Of a stretch of DNA of 64,000 nucleotides, positions 38,890 through 48,132 are shown piece by piece. The stretch spans positions 2,336,001 through 2,400,000 of the forward strand of contig OZ271854.1 of the NCBI GenBank assembly GCA_965601925.1, in the 5' to 3' direction. The notes under the pieces are model-generated. The model saw nothing but the letters and a program-made list of their open reading frames with translations. It was not told where the DNA came from and searched no databases. How positions within the stretch are numbered: position 1 is the first letter of the stretch; every line of letters starts with the position of its first letter. The DNA comes from Alkalispirochaeta sp. Its GTDB lineage: Bacteria; Spirochaetota; Spirochaetia; DSM-27196; Alkalispirochaetaceae. The position numbers were made by a program, and so were the translations under genes.

Positions 38890-39339
38890 TTAGGGTAACA
38901 GACCCATCGGAAAGCGTACTCGCAGGATCTCCTGAAAGAGAAGATAGAATGCGCCGACCGAGATAAGGGCGACAATAATCGCGCGCACCGTGCCGGTGTG
39001 GGCTCGAAACGTGATGACACCCATGAGCGTTACGCCGACGAGGCTCGCAATCAGGAGCCCGAGGAGGGGAATCAGTGCCGTCCACAGTACCAGCGCCGCC
39101 ATCAGCGTGCCGGAGCGCACGTGCCGCTCCCCGGCGTCGCCCTTCGCCATGGCGATAGCGGGACCGCGTCCGGCGATCGTGAGAACGGCAAGGCATAATG
39201 CGAGAACAAACACGAAGCCTGAGATTACTCGGGGAAAGAGACGGCTTAAAGGGCCGAAGGCGTCGGCGGTGACAAACCAATATGCACCGACGATCGTCAG
39301 CACCACGGCGGAGGTAAGGTTGCGCGCTTTCTCGTTCAC
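38890..39339 (-). CDS. tctB: Tripartite tricarboxylate transporter TctB
   Basis: 4-5 TM, FPR, F...L.V.FP.G; follows tctA. Confidence 0.8.
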   Translation of the reverse strand: MNEKARNLTSAVVLTIVGAYWFVTADAFGPLSRLFPRVISGFVFVLALCLAVLTIAGRGPAIAMAKGDAGERHVRSGTLMAALVLWTALIPLLGLLIASLVGVTLMGVITFRAHTGTVRAIIVALISVGAFYLLFQEILRVRFPMGLLP

Positions 39340-40898
39340 GTTTCTCCTCCTTTGCGAGCCGACGGCACCTCTCGGCCGTCCTCTTCGTGATCATCCGCCT
39401 TGGTCGATCGACTCCTCCGATTGAGCATCATCGGGAGCACGATCGACCCCACCGTGAATGCGATCAGGACCACCGAGATCGGCCTTCCGAAAAAGATTGC
39501 CGCTACGGATCCCTGCGCGCGCCCCATCAGTAGCGACTGGGTAAGGCCTTGCTCCGCTATCGGTCCCAAAATCAGGCCCAGGACGATCGGGCCGGGCATG
39601 AATCCCGCCTTGCGCAGCGCATGGGCGGCCACCCCGGTAGCGACCATCACATATATATCCGCCACATTGTTGTAGATCGAATACGAACCTACCATGGAGA
39701 GGAAAATGATAAGCGGCGCCATCGTCTGCACGCGTACACGCTGCATGAGTTTGGCAACTGCCTTTCCGAGGACGATACCCAACGGCAGCATCGCCAGATT
39801 GGCAAGAACCAGGGAGAAGAGAAACGCGTAGGTGACGGTGCCGTGGGACGTGAAGAGCTCTGCGCCGGGGCGCATGCCCTGGAGGAGGAGCGCGCCGAAC
39901 AGTACCGCCGCCGGCGGTGCGCCGGGCACGCCGAGGGTCAACATCGGAATCAACGCTCCGGCGACCGAAGCGTTGTTGGCACTTTCCGAGGCCGCAACGC
40001 CCTCCATCGCTCCTTTTCCGAACTTCTCGCGGTTGCCGCTCGTGCGAATCGCCTCGTTGTAACTCACAAGCCCGGCGATGTTGCCGCCGGCACCGGGAAT
40101 GATGCCGATAAGCGTCCCGATGACCGATGAACGTATCATGAGCCACGGCTTGCGTACGAGGGCGAAAAAGACGCGATTCACCATCCTGTGTTGCCGTTTG
40201 TACGGTACGACGGTGCCCGAATCGCGGCTCTCCTCGACCATACGTAACACTTCGGGAATACAGAAAAAACCGATCAGCGCCGGGATCAGGGATATCCCGT
40301 TCTGCAGCGCTACGGTGCCGAAGTTATATCGTACGGCGCCCTCAATCGGTGCGATGCCGATCGTCGAAATGATCAAACCGATGCCACCGCCGATGAGGCC
40401 CTTGAGTGTCGATCGCGGCGACACGGCGGCGATGATGGTGAGCCCGAAGGCCGCGAGCCAAAAATACTCCGGGGGGCCGAAGCGCAAACTGGCCCGCGCG
40501 AGAGGCGGCGACAGAAAAATAAGAAACGCCACGCCCACCAGTCCGCCGAAGACCGAAGCGAGGGTGGCGGTGACGATCGCGCGATACGCCTCGCCCCGCT
40601 GAGCCATGGGAAATCCGTCGAATGTCGTTGCGATGGCCGACGGGGTGCCGGGCGTGTTGATAAGAATCGCCGAAAACGAACCGCCGTAAATCGCGCCCGA
40701 GTAGATCGCTCCGAGGAGTACAAGGCCGTGTATCGGCGTCATGCCGAAGGTAAACGGGACGAGCAGCGCGATCGCCATCGTGGCCGTAAGACCGGGCAGG
40801 GCGCCGACGATGATACCGGCGCCCACTCCGGCGGTAACGAGAAGGAGGCTGACCGGATTGAGAACGCCGGTCAGCGCGCTTACGAGTGTCTCGGTCAT
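39336..40898 (-). CDS. tctA: Tripartite tricarboxylate transporter TctA
   Basis: GALPGLTATM, YGGSFSAILINTPGT, ESANNA, LTLGVPG. Confidence 0.93.
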   Translation of the reverse strand: MTETLVSALTGVLNPVSLLLVTAGVGAGIIVGALPGLTATMAIALLVPFTFGMTPIHGLVLLGAIYSGAIYGGSFSAILINTPGTPSAIATTFDGFPMAQRGEAYRAIVTATLASVFGGLVGVAFLIFLSPPLARASLRFGPPEYFWLAAFGLTIIAAVSPRSTLKGLIGGGIGLIISTIGIAPIEGAVRYNFGTVALQNGISLIPALIGFFCIPEVLRMVEESRDSGTVVPYKRQHRMVNRVFFALVRKPWLMIRSSVIGTLIGIIPGAGGNIAGLVSYNEAIRTSGNREKFGKGAMEGVAASESANNASVAGALIPMLTLGVPGAPPAAVLFGALLLQGMRPGAELFTSHGTVTYAFLFSLVLANLAMLPLGIVLGKAVAKLMQRVRVQTMAPLIIFLSMVGSYSIYNNVADIYVMVATGVAAHALRKAGFMPGPIVLGLILGPIAEQGLTQSLLMGRAQGSVAAIFFGRPISVVLIAFTVGSIVLPMMLNRRSRSTKADDHEEDGREVPSARKGGET

Positions 40899-40909
40899 TC
40901 GCGTAGGGA

Positions 40910-41896
40910 CTATATCTCGCCGAGTTCGCGCAGGACCGTTTCGATTTCGCTCCTTCGGCGGTTGATGTACTCGGCAAACTCGGCCTCGGCTATGCGGTGG
41001 ATGACGAATCCGAGCGACTCCATTTCCGCGACGAACTCCGCGTTGGCGCTCGTGGCGTCAAAAGCGGCCGAGAGTGCCGCGACGACCTCGTCGGGAGTCT
41101 CCTGGGGGACCGCAACGCCGCGGTCGATGCCTGCGGTCATCTCGATGCCCAACTCGATGAACGTCGGTACCTCCGGCAGTGCCGAGAAGCGCTCGTCCGT
41201 TCCGATGGCAAGGACGCGCATCGCCTCGTCGTGGGCGAGAAGGTCGGTAGAGTTGGCCATGATCGCTTGCGTATGCCCGCCCAGGAAGTTGGCCACCGAG
41301 GGAGCGGCACCGGTCGCGGGAATATAGGTGAACGACGCCCCGGTGAGGTATTGCAACTGGAGCAGTGCAAGGTGGTGTCCCGAGTGCGTTCCGGATCCGC
41401 TTACCGTGACCTCTCCCGGGTTTTGCACGGCATAGTCTATCAGTTCATCGAGCGTATCGAAGGGGCCGTTCGGCGCCACCGCGATACCGATCGGCGTCGA
41501 CTGGAAGAGATACACCGGCTTGAGATCGGCGGTAGCGTATCCCGCGTCCTCTCGAACCAAGGGCTGGATGATGATATGGGGAATGTTGTTACCGGTGATC
41601 GTATATCCGTCCGGCTGGGATCGAGAGAGGTTGGACCACGCCAACGCACCGCCGGCGCCCGGCTGGTGACGGATCACGACATCCACGCCAAGGGCCTCTT
41701 CGAGATAGGGCTTCTGGTACTGGGCGGTAACATCGGACTGGCCGCCGGGATTGAAGGGTATAACGTAGGAGATCGCGCGCGTCGGGAAGACGGCCTCCTC
41801 AGATTGACCGGACGCAAAGACGCCTGCCGTGACGGCGGCGACGAGCGCTGCGACGACGATATGCAGACGCAATCGAATACAGGTAGTACGTGCCAT
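40910..41896 (-). CDS. tctC: Tripartite tricarboxylate transporter substrate-binding protein TctC/Bug
   Basis: Signal VFASG, PFNPGGQSD, PGAGG, PDGYT, VPTFIELG; GGAGG RBS. Confidence 0.9.
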   Translation of the reverse strand: MARTTCIRLRLHIVVAALVAAVTAGVFASGQSEEAVFPTRAISYVIPFNPGGQSDVTAQYQKPYLEEALGVDVVIRHQPGAGGALAWSNLSRSQPDGYTITGNNIPHIIIQPLVREDAGYATADLKPVYLFQSTPIGIAVAPNGPFDTLDELIDYAVQNPGEVTVSGSGTHSGHHLALLQLQYLTGASFTYIPATGAAPSVANFLGGHTQAIMANSTDLLAHDEAMRVLAIGTDERFSALPEVPTFIELGIEMTAGIDRGVAVPQETPDEVVAALSAAFDATSANAEFVAEMESLGFVIHRIAEAEFAEYINRRRSEIETVLRELGEI

Positions 41897-41933
41897 TGGG
41901 AACCTCCTCGTGTGGTGCGCCGGAGAACGTTGC

Positions 41934-42920
41934 TCAGCGCCGGGCAAAAATCTGCGGATTGACGACGTACCGCGGCCGTTTTCCGCTCAGTACGCGAACC
42001 AGCTCATCCATTCCTTGAATCGTATTCTGACGATGGCTCTCTTCGGAGTACCACGCGATATGGGGAGTGACCACCGCATTGGGCAGGTTGAGGAGCGCCT
42101 CGTCACCCCGCGGCGGCTCGACTTCGAGCACATCGATGCCGGCGCCTCCGATTTGGCCCTTCTGAAGGGCCTTCTCCAGTGCCGCTTGGTCTACGATCGG
42201 GCCGCGCGCCGTATTGATGAGGACGGCGTGGGATTGCATACGGCCCAACATCGGCCCATCGATCAGATGCCACGTCTCGTCGGTGAGCGGGCTGTGGATC
42301 GTGAGATAGTCCGCACTCTCGACCATCGGTTCAAGCTCGTAAGAGCGCTCGACGCCGCATAGTGCAAAGATATCGTCGTCGACGTACGGATCGTAAGCGA
42401 CCGGTTTCATGCCCAACGCAAGGGCCATGCGCGCGCTATGCCGCCCAATCCGGCCCAGCCCGATAACGGCAAATCGGCGATCCCGGAGAGATAGCACGGG
42501 TCGCGCCTGTTTATAGTCCCATCCACCGCCCTTCACATGGGGTATCAACTCATGAATCTTGCGTCCCACCGTGAGCGCCAGGGTCAACGCGTGTTGCGCT
42601 ACCTCTTCGCTGCAGTAGAGCGGACAGTTGGATACGGGGATTCGGCGAGCGGTCGCCGCCTTTACGTCGACGACGTCGAATCCGACGGACAACGTCATGA
42701 TGAACCGGCACGAACGCGCGGCGTCGATCATCTCGGAGGTTACCGGATGTCCGATCAATACCAGCGCCGCCGCATCGGCAATCTCCTTCAGTATCTCTTC
42801 ATCGGACATACCCACGGTCGATACGACCGTTCCGTCGACCTCCGCGACGCGGTGTGTGAAATAGTCGAGGTCGGGAAACTTCATGAAAAGCCGTTTCCCG
42901 AGAAGTACCACCTTGTTCAT
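41934..42920 (-). CDS. D-isomer-specific 2-hydroxyacid dehydrogenase (CtBP/hydroxypyruvate reductase-like)
   Basis: VGFDVVD, GLGRIG, INTARGPIVD, DVLEVEP, TPHIAWYS. Confidence 0.92.
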   Translation of the reverse strand: MNKVVLLGKRLFMKFPDLDYFTHRVAEVDGTVVSTVGMSDEEILKEIADAAALVLIGHPVTSEMIDAARSCRFIMTLSVGFDVVDVKAATARRIPVSNCPLYCSEEVAQHALTLALTVGRKIHELIPHVKGGGWDYKQARPVLSLRDRRFAVIGLGRIGRHSARMALALGMKPVAYDPYVDDDIFALCGVERSYELEPMVESADYLTIHSPLTDETWHLIDGPMLGRMQSHAVLINTARGPIVDQAALEKALQKGQIGGAGIDVLEVEPPRGDEALLNLPNAVVTPHIAWYSEESHRQNTIQGMDELVRVLSGKRPRYVVNPQIFARR

Positions 42921-43118
42921 CGCAACTACCTCCGGTACGCCATTCTCTTTAAAGAGATTATTGTCATTTCACAATGATGCAACTCCTCGCCTAACCAATT
43001 TTTCACGTCCCATCGACGAGAAGCGAAGGAATTGCGACTACGGGCGGCAGAAATTCATTCAATGGCATAAATAGACAAATGAATATGTGTACGATAGGGT
43101 TCACTTTCTTCGACAATG

Positions 43119-43149
43119 AAAAAGCGGCAGCCGTGACGACTGCCGCTTT
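43119..43149 (-). terminator. Intrinsic terminator downstream of hsp20
   Basis: Stem AAAGCGGCAG/CTGCCGCTTT with T-tract on the minus strand. Confidence 0.7.
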
Positions 43150-43240
43150 CGTTCTCATACGTGTTTCCGTGAATGTGCTCATCCCGATTCGCCTACGCGA
43201 ATCGGGAGTGCCGTGGTCCGGTAGGACTCGGCGTCTTCGA

Positions 43241-43693
43241 TTAGCCGCGCTTGATTTCGATCTGTCGCGGTCGGGACTCCGGCTTCTTGGAGAGCTGAAC
43301 CGTGAGCACACCGTTCTTGTAGTGGGCGTCGATCATCGCCGGATCGGCATCCTTGGGCATCGCAAAACTGCGATAGAATGCCCGAGTCTGACGCTCCCGC
43401 AGGATATAGTCGGCCCCAACGGCGCCCTTTTTCGGTTTCTCGGACGTCTCTTTCTCGTGCCGTGCCGATATGATCAACAGATCGTTCTCGACGCGAACGT
43501 CGATCTGATCTTCGGTCATTCCGGGAAGGTCGGCCTCGATAAGATATGCATCTTCCTCCGAGCGGATATCGACGGCCGGGCTGCGGTCGTTCCAGCTCGG
43601 CATATTGCCGAACACCGAATCAAAAAGCCGATCGAAGTCGTTCAAAACGCTCACTCCATTTCGCGGGCGACGTACCGTAAGATAATTCATCAT
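43241..43693 (-). CDS. Hsp20/alpha-crystallin small heat shock protein
   Basis: PAVDI.E, ADLPG, F.RSF.MP, AHYKNGVLTV; AGGAGG RBS. Confidence 0.93.
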   Translation of the reverse strand: MMNYLTVRRPRNGVSVLNDFDRLFDSVFGNMPSWNDRSPAVDIRSEEDAYLIEADLPGMTEDQIDVRVENDLLIISARHEKETSEKPKKGAVGADYILRERQTRAFYRSFAMPKDADPAMIDAHYKNGVLTVQLSKKPESRPRQIEIKRG

Positions 43694-43800
43694 AAACCTC
43701 CTGTAGGTGACGCGGTCTTTGGTTTTCCGGCCGGAGATGAGGCCCGTACCGGCGCCTTCCGTGTCTCCGCCTCTCCGCATCATCTTCTGTATAGAAATAA

Positions 43801-43816
43801 GCATAACGCGTGCCAA
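43801..43816 (-). promoter_or_regulatory. Sigma54-type (-24/-12) promoter upstream of hsp20
   Basis: Minus strand TTGGCACGCGTTATGC: GG-N10-GC. Confidence 0.65.
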
Positions 43817-44044
43817 GTTGTGCTGAAAGATATAAAAAATATGTAATTATTTATCTTGAAAAGAGATATGAGTTTGTAAGGCAGTCTCGTCTCGCTCGCC
43901 GTGACCACGTGCAGACCCTAAAGTTCGCCTGTGGTGGGCAATAACGAAACAGTAGCAAAAAGACGCGATATAGATGTGTCTTTTTGACACAGTTAAGCCG
44001 ATTGCGGGCGGCGAGTGTGCATCGTCGTGATACGCCGACCGGCG

Positions 44045-45646
44045 TCACGCGCCACGGAAGGCGTGGAAATCGAGTCCGATCGGTGGATTCTCGTCTCCCG
44101 ACGGCGCACCGGCGAGGTCGGGACGAGGCGAGGTATTGTAATGCCAGCGATAGTCGAAAAGGTTGAGCGGGTCCTCGATGGGAAGCGCGTTGATCGTAAG
44201 GGCGTGAAATCGGGCGAGCCCTCGTTGTTGCAGTTCGTACATCGTCCTCAGATGCGCCGGTCCGATTTTCGGAAACCGAATATCGCTCACCATCAGCACA
44301 TCGGCGACCTCGTTCTCGTCCCGGGGGAGGTGTCCGAGTGCCGTTCCCAATGTGGGCGAGATATCCGAGCCTCCACCCATGGGCGCCGACAAGAACGCCT
44401 GTAGCTCTCGGAGCACACTTTCGTCTACGCGCGACGGCGCCTCGCCGACGACGGTGTCGGCCGAATGGTAAGCTGCCGAGTCGCCGTGAGCCCCGGGGAC
44501 GTGAACCTCTTTCAGCCCGTGCTGGATCGCCAAGAGTCTGAGATCGCGGCGATTTTTGATCGCTTCGCGCACGAGACCGAGACTGATCGCCCGCGCCACA
44601 CGCTCCGGGGGACCCTGCATCGACCCGCTGGTATCCAGACAGACAATTAACGGGCCGGGCCGAACGGGGGCCGGGAGTTGCACGCGCTCCCAACGCTCCT
44701 CTTCGGTCGTTTTCGTGCGCGTTCTCCGGTGTTCCAGCGACATGATGTCCCGTTCTGCGAGCTTTCGCGCAAAGAGATCTTCCGTTTCGGGCCACGCGAG
44801 AAGCGCCAGTTCGCTGCCAAGCGCCGATCGTAGGTCGCCGCGGCCGTTAACGCCGAGAACGTCTCCTATGCCGATGTCGACCTTAGTCGGTACCGTTTCG
44901 ATAGTGCGCACCGTTCGCCACACCGTGCGCGGTTCGTCCTGCGCCGCTCCTCGCGCTATCATTTGGCTGAGGGCCGCAAGTCCGGGAGCGCTCTCCAACA
45001 CCACACGGGCGCGGTCGAATACCGACCAATCCGGAGTGCTCCACGAATCGTCGAAGAGGTCCCAACTGCATGAGCGGAGGAAGCTGCGTCGGCACGCCTC
45101 CTGCGCCGCGGCGAGTCGTGGAATGACCTCGTTGAGATGGTCGGCCAGCGGTGTCGCCACAAGACGGAGCGCGCGCTCTCGGCCGCGTTCGCGGCGCATT
45201 TCGTTGAGGGTACGAACGGCCTCTTCAAGCTCATGTGCGATTGCGCTCCGCCCCGCGTCGCCTCGAGCCGAGCGACGGCGCGCTCCAATACGTGCCCATC
45301 TCGACTCCTGTTCCGGCCACTGCGTGCGGGCGGAGGCGAGCCGGACATCAAACGGTACGTCCCCGCTCCATTTCGCGGAGTCACCGGTCTCCGTGGAACG
45401 ATCGAGCTCGGCCCACAGCTCGGCGAACCATTGCGAAAGGGCCGAGGCGATTTGATCCGCCAGATCGGTATCGACCAGGGCTATGGTGCGTTTGCGAATC
45501 AGAGAGTAGAGATGCACGAGGCTCCGTGACAGGGGACGCGGAAGATCGCGGGCGCTGGCGACACCCGGCCGACCGTCGGCTCTCTGCGATGTAAAGAACT
45601 GAAAGAGTTCGCGATAGACGATCGAGCGAATCTGCCCCGTTTGCAC
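44045..45646 (-). CDS. ViaA-like VWA domain protein
   Basis: GPLIVCLDTSGSMQG MIDAS, GGSD, ADVLMVSD; follows the MoxR ATPase. Confidence 0.85.
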   Translation of the reverse strand: MQTGQIRSIVYRELFQFFTSQRADGRPGVASARDLPRPLSRSLVHLYSLIRKRTIALVDTDLADQIASALSQWFAELWAELDRSTETGDSAKWSGDVPFDVRLASARTQWPEQESRWARIGARRRSARGDAGRSAIAHELEEAVRTLNEMRRERGRERALRLVATPLADHLNEVIPRLAAAQEACRRSFLRSCSWDLFDDSWSTPDWSVFDRARVVLESAPGLAALSQMIARGAAQDEPRTVWRTVRTIETVPTKVDIGIGDVLGVNGRGDLRSALGSELALLAWPETEDLFARKLAERDIMSLEHRRTRTKTTEEERWERVQLPAPVRPGPLIVCLDTSGSMQGPPERVARAISLGLVREAIKNRRDLRLLAIQHGLKEVHVPGAHGDSAAYHSADTVVGEAPSRVDESVLRELQAFLSAPMGGGSDISPTLGTALGHLPRDENEVADVLMVSDIRFPKIGPAHLRTMYELQQRGLARFHALTINALPIEDPLNLFDYRWHYNTSPRPDLAGAPSGDENPPIGLDFHAFRGA

Positions 45647-45656
45647 GGCGTGCCGC

Positions 45657-47192
45657 CTACTCCAACCCGGCGATCAGCTCGACGATATCTGCGTCCAGGA
45701 GGGAAAACGCCCGTTCAGCCTCCTGCATGCCCGTTTCCAGGATTTCCCCGTAGCTGTGGTGAACGAAGAGATGACGCATCGCCTCGTCCGTATCCTGCCT
45801 GCGAACCTCGGCGATGCGTCGGAGTACATCGGCGATCTCGCCGCGGAGTTCCTCAAGTCGCTTGTGTACCGCCGTGCGATCGGCGATATCGATCGTGATC
45901 TTTTCCTCGACGGTACGGCGTACCGTTTGCGTCTCGAGGTGGAACGGTTGGCCGTCGACCTCCAACGAGTACGGCGATACGCGGCGCACCGGGAATCGTT
46001 CCGAGTACGCATAATCGTCGTCGTCGCCGTAGAAAAAGAGATCCGTCTCCTGATTCTCGTCGGCGGACAGGTTTTGAAAGTCGCCGATCCATATCAGCGA
46101 TAGGTGGTCCTCGACGAAGTCCTCGATGCGGTAGTACTCGCCGCGGTACTCGACCGCCTCTTCCCGATCTTCTTCACGCACGGTCATGCCGATACGCCGC
46201 AACTCGTCCTCGATCGCCGACAGTCGTCTGCGTACCGATTCGGGATCGAAGCGGCCCGCGGAGCTATAGCGCTTGAGTGCCTCCTGTACGATCGTCTCGA
46301 TAACCGGTATCTCTTCCTCTCGCGACCAGAGGCAGTGCCTAAGGACTGCACAATCGATTGCGTAGACCTCGTGTCGGTCGTTGAGGAGGGCGCTCGTGCG
46401 CAGCAGGCGAGCGGCCTGCTTCCACCGTCGGTCGCTTACTTCGATCTCGCTCCCGTCGCCCGTCTCGGCCACCATGCTGTTGTGCCGCGCGATGCGCTCG
46501 CGGATGTCGAGGATGAGAGCGGCAACCTCGTGCGGTACGGCAACGTTGTCACGTTTGTCGCCCCATTCGTCGAGTTCGTCGGCGGTGATCTTGTCGTCGA
46601 CCGGCACGGGGTCGGCGTAGAGATCGTTCGTCGAGGTAATGAGCTCGATGAAGGCTTCGCTCTCCCGCACGGGAGAGACGGGCAGGCGCATGAGAAAGCG
46701 GTCCCACAAGACGCGCACGCCCGCACCGTCGGGAGCGAGGTTCCCGGCGGCACCGATAACGCTTCTCAGGGGCAGCAGAAGCTCTTCGCTCCCGTTTCGG
46801 AAGCGGCGCTCGTTGATCGCCGTCAAAAGGGTATTGAGGATCGGGCTCGAGGCGTTCCACACCTCGTCGAGAAATACGATTTCGGCGCTCGGTAGGAATC
46901 CGTCGACCACCCGTTCGAACTTGTCCGCGTCCTTGAGGCGGCTGATCGACACCGGTCCGAAGAGCTCCTCCGGAGTCGTAAAGCGCCCCAATAGATACTC
47001 AAAGTAGCGCGCCTCACGAAAGACGCAGGCGATACGCCGCGCAAGCAGACTCTTGGCCGTGCCGGGGGGACCGTAGAGAAACGTATTCTCCCCCGCCAAC
47101 GCGGACAGGAGAGTGAGCCGCAGCACTTCCTCTTTCTCGTGGAGATCCTTGCCGACGGCCTCTATGAGCCGGCGAATACGCTCTGCGAACAT
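45657..47192 (-). CDS. RavA-like MoxR AAA+ ATPase
   Basis: GPPGTAKS, FTTPEELFGP, FLDEVW, ILNTLL, SDRRW. Confidence 0.9.
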   Translation of the reverse strand: MFAERIRRLIEAVGKDLHEKEEVLRLTLLSALAGENTFLYGPPGTAKSLLARRIACVFREARYFEYLLGRFTTPEELFGPVSISRLKDADKFERVVDGFLPSAEIVFLDEVWNASSPILNTLLTAINERRFRNGSEELLLPLRSVIGAAGNLAPDGAGVRVLWDRFLMRLPVSPVRESEAFIELITSTNDLYADPVPVDDKITADELDEWGDKRDNVAVPHEVAALILDIRERIARHNSMVAETGDGSEIEVSDRRWKQAARLLRTSALLNDRHEVYAIDCAVLRHCLWSREEEIPVIETIVQEALKRYSSAGRFDPESVRRRLSAIEDELRRIGMTVREEDREEAVEYRGEYYRIEDFVEDHLSLIWIGDFQNLSADENQETDLFFYGDDDDYAYSERFPVRRVSPYSLEVDGQPFHLETQTVRRTVEEKITIDIADRTAVHKRLEELRGEIADVLRRIAEVRRQDTDEAMRHLFVHHSYGEILETGMQEAERAFSLLDADIVELIAGLE

Positions 47193-47286
47193 AGAGATTA
47201 CTGTTGCCGTTCCGTCGCCGGCTGTCAAGCAAAGCGGCACAATCGATAGTCTCTTTGCCCGCGATAGGGTAGCATGACCGGCGATT

Positions 47287-47877
47287 ATGCACAGTACACG
47301 CGACGAATCGCACCTCCTGTGGACCGAGTTGTCCCGATCAAACCTTGTTGAGAGTCCCGTATTCTCGCTTGTGCGGACTCATAGACGTTCCGCCGACGGA
47401 CGGAACGCCGACTACTACCTTCTCGATGCGCCCGACTGGGCCAATGTGATCGCCCTCACCTCCGACGAGGCGGGGCGCCCGTGCTTTGTGATGGTGCGGC
47501 AGTTTCGTCATGGGAGTATGACCGTCGGGCTCGAGTTTCCCGGCGGTGTGATCGACGAGGGTGAGCGGCCCGAGGACGCCGTACGGCGGGAGTTGCGCGA
47601 AGAGACTGCGTACGTCGCCGGCTCGATCGTACTCCTCGGAAGCGTCAACCCCAATCCCGCCCTTATGGGGAATCGGTGCTTCACCTTTCTTGCCGAGGAT
47701 TGTCGGCCCGAGGCGAGCGGCCAGGACTTGGATGCCAACGAAATCATCGACGTGGAGTTGGTGCCGGTGGATGAGTTTCTCGCCGGCGCGCACGACCATG
47801 AGTTTGATCACGCGATGATGCACGTCGCCCTGCGGTTTTATCTACGGGCGACGGATCGGCGACGTCGGCGGTCCTGA
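47287..47877 (+). CDS. NUDIX hydrolase (ADP-ribose pyrophosphatase-like)
   Basis: Nudix box GVIDEGERPEDAVRRELREET, RQFRH, NPA. Confidence 0.9.
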   Translation: MHSTRDESHLLWTELSRSNLVESPVFSLVRTHRRSADGRNADYYLLDAPDWANVIALTSDEAGRPCFVMVRQFRHGSMTVGLEFPGGVIDEGERPEDAVRRELREETAYVAGSIVLLGSVNPNPALMGNRCFTFLAEDCRPEASGQDLDANEIIDVELVPVDEFLAGAHDHEFDHAMMHVALRFYLRATDRRRRRS

Positions 47878-47889
47878 CGCGGTCGGTAT

Positions 47890-47917
47890 AAAAAAAGCCT
47901 TCCCCGTGGGGAAGGCT
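47890..47917 (-). terminator. Intrinsic terminator of tRNA-Cys
   Basis: Stem AGCCTTCCC/GGGAAGGCT followed by a T-run on the minus strand. Confidence 0.85.
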
Positions 47918-47926
47918 CACCGATCG

Positions 47927-47998
47927 AGGCGCCGGCCGGATTCGAACCGGCGAATGAAGGCTTTGCAGGCCTCTCCCTTACCACTTGGGTACGGCGCC
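47927..47998 (-). tRNA. tRNA-Cys (GCA), CCA not encoded
   Basis: GGCGCCGTACCCAAGTGGTAAGGGAGAGGCCTGCAAAGCCTTCATTCGCCGGTTCGAATCCGGCCGGCGCCT folds as a cloverleaf; U discriminator. Confidence 0.96.
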
Positions 47999-48132
47999 GT
48001 GCAGGGACAGAGAATAGTCAATCGCATACGGCTTTGTAAAGCCCCGTGTCGGGCCGGCATATCCGGCTGCCGAAGCCGAACGATCGGCCGTCCCGTCCAA
48101 ATGTGCAAACGATATCGCGTGCACGTCGAGAC

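Noticed and set aside
43694..43790. ROSE RNA thermometer in the hsp20 leader
   Set aside because: No U(U/C)GCU anti-SD motif visible
47927..47998. tRNA-anchored genomic island
   Set aside because: No integrase and no duplicated tRNA 3' end seen
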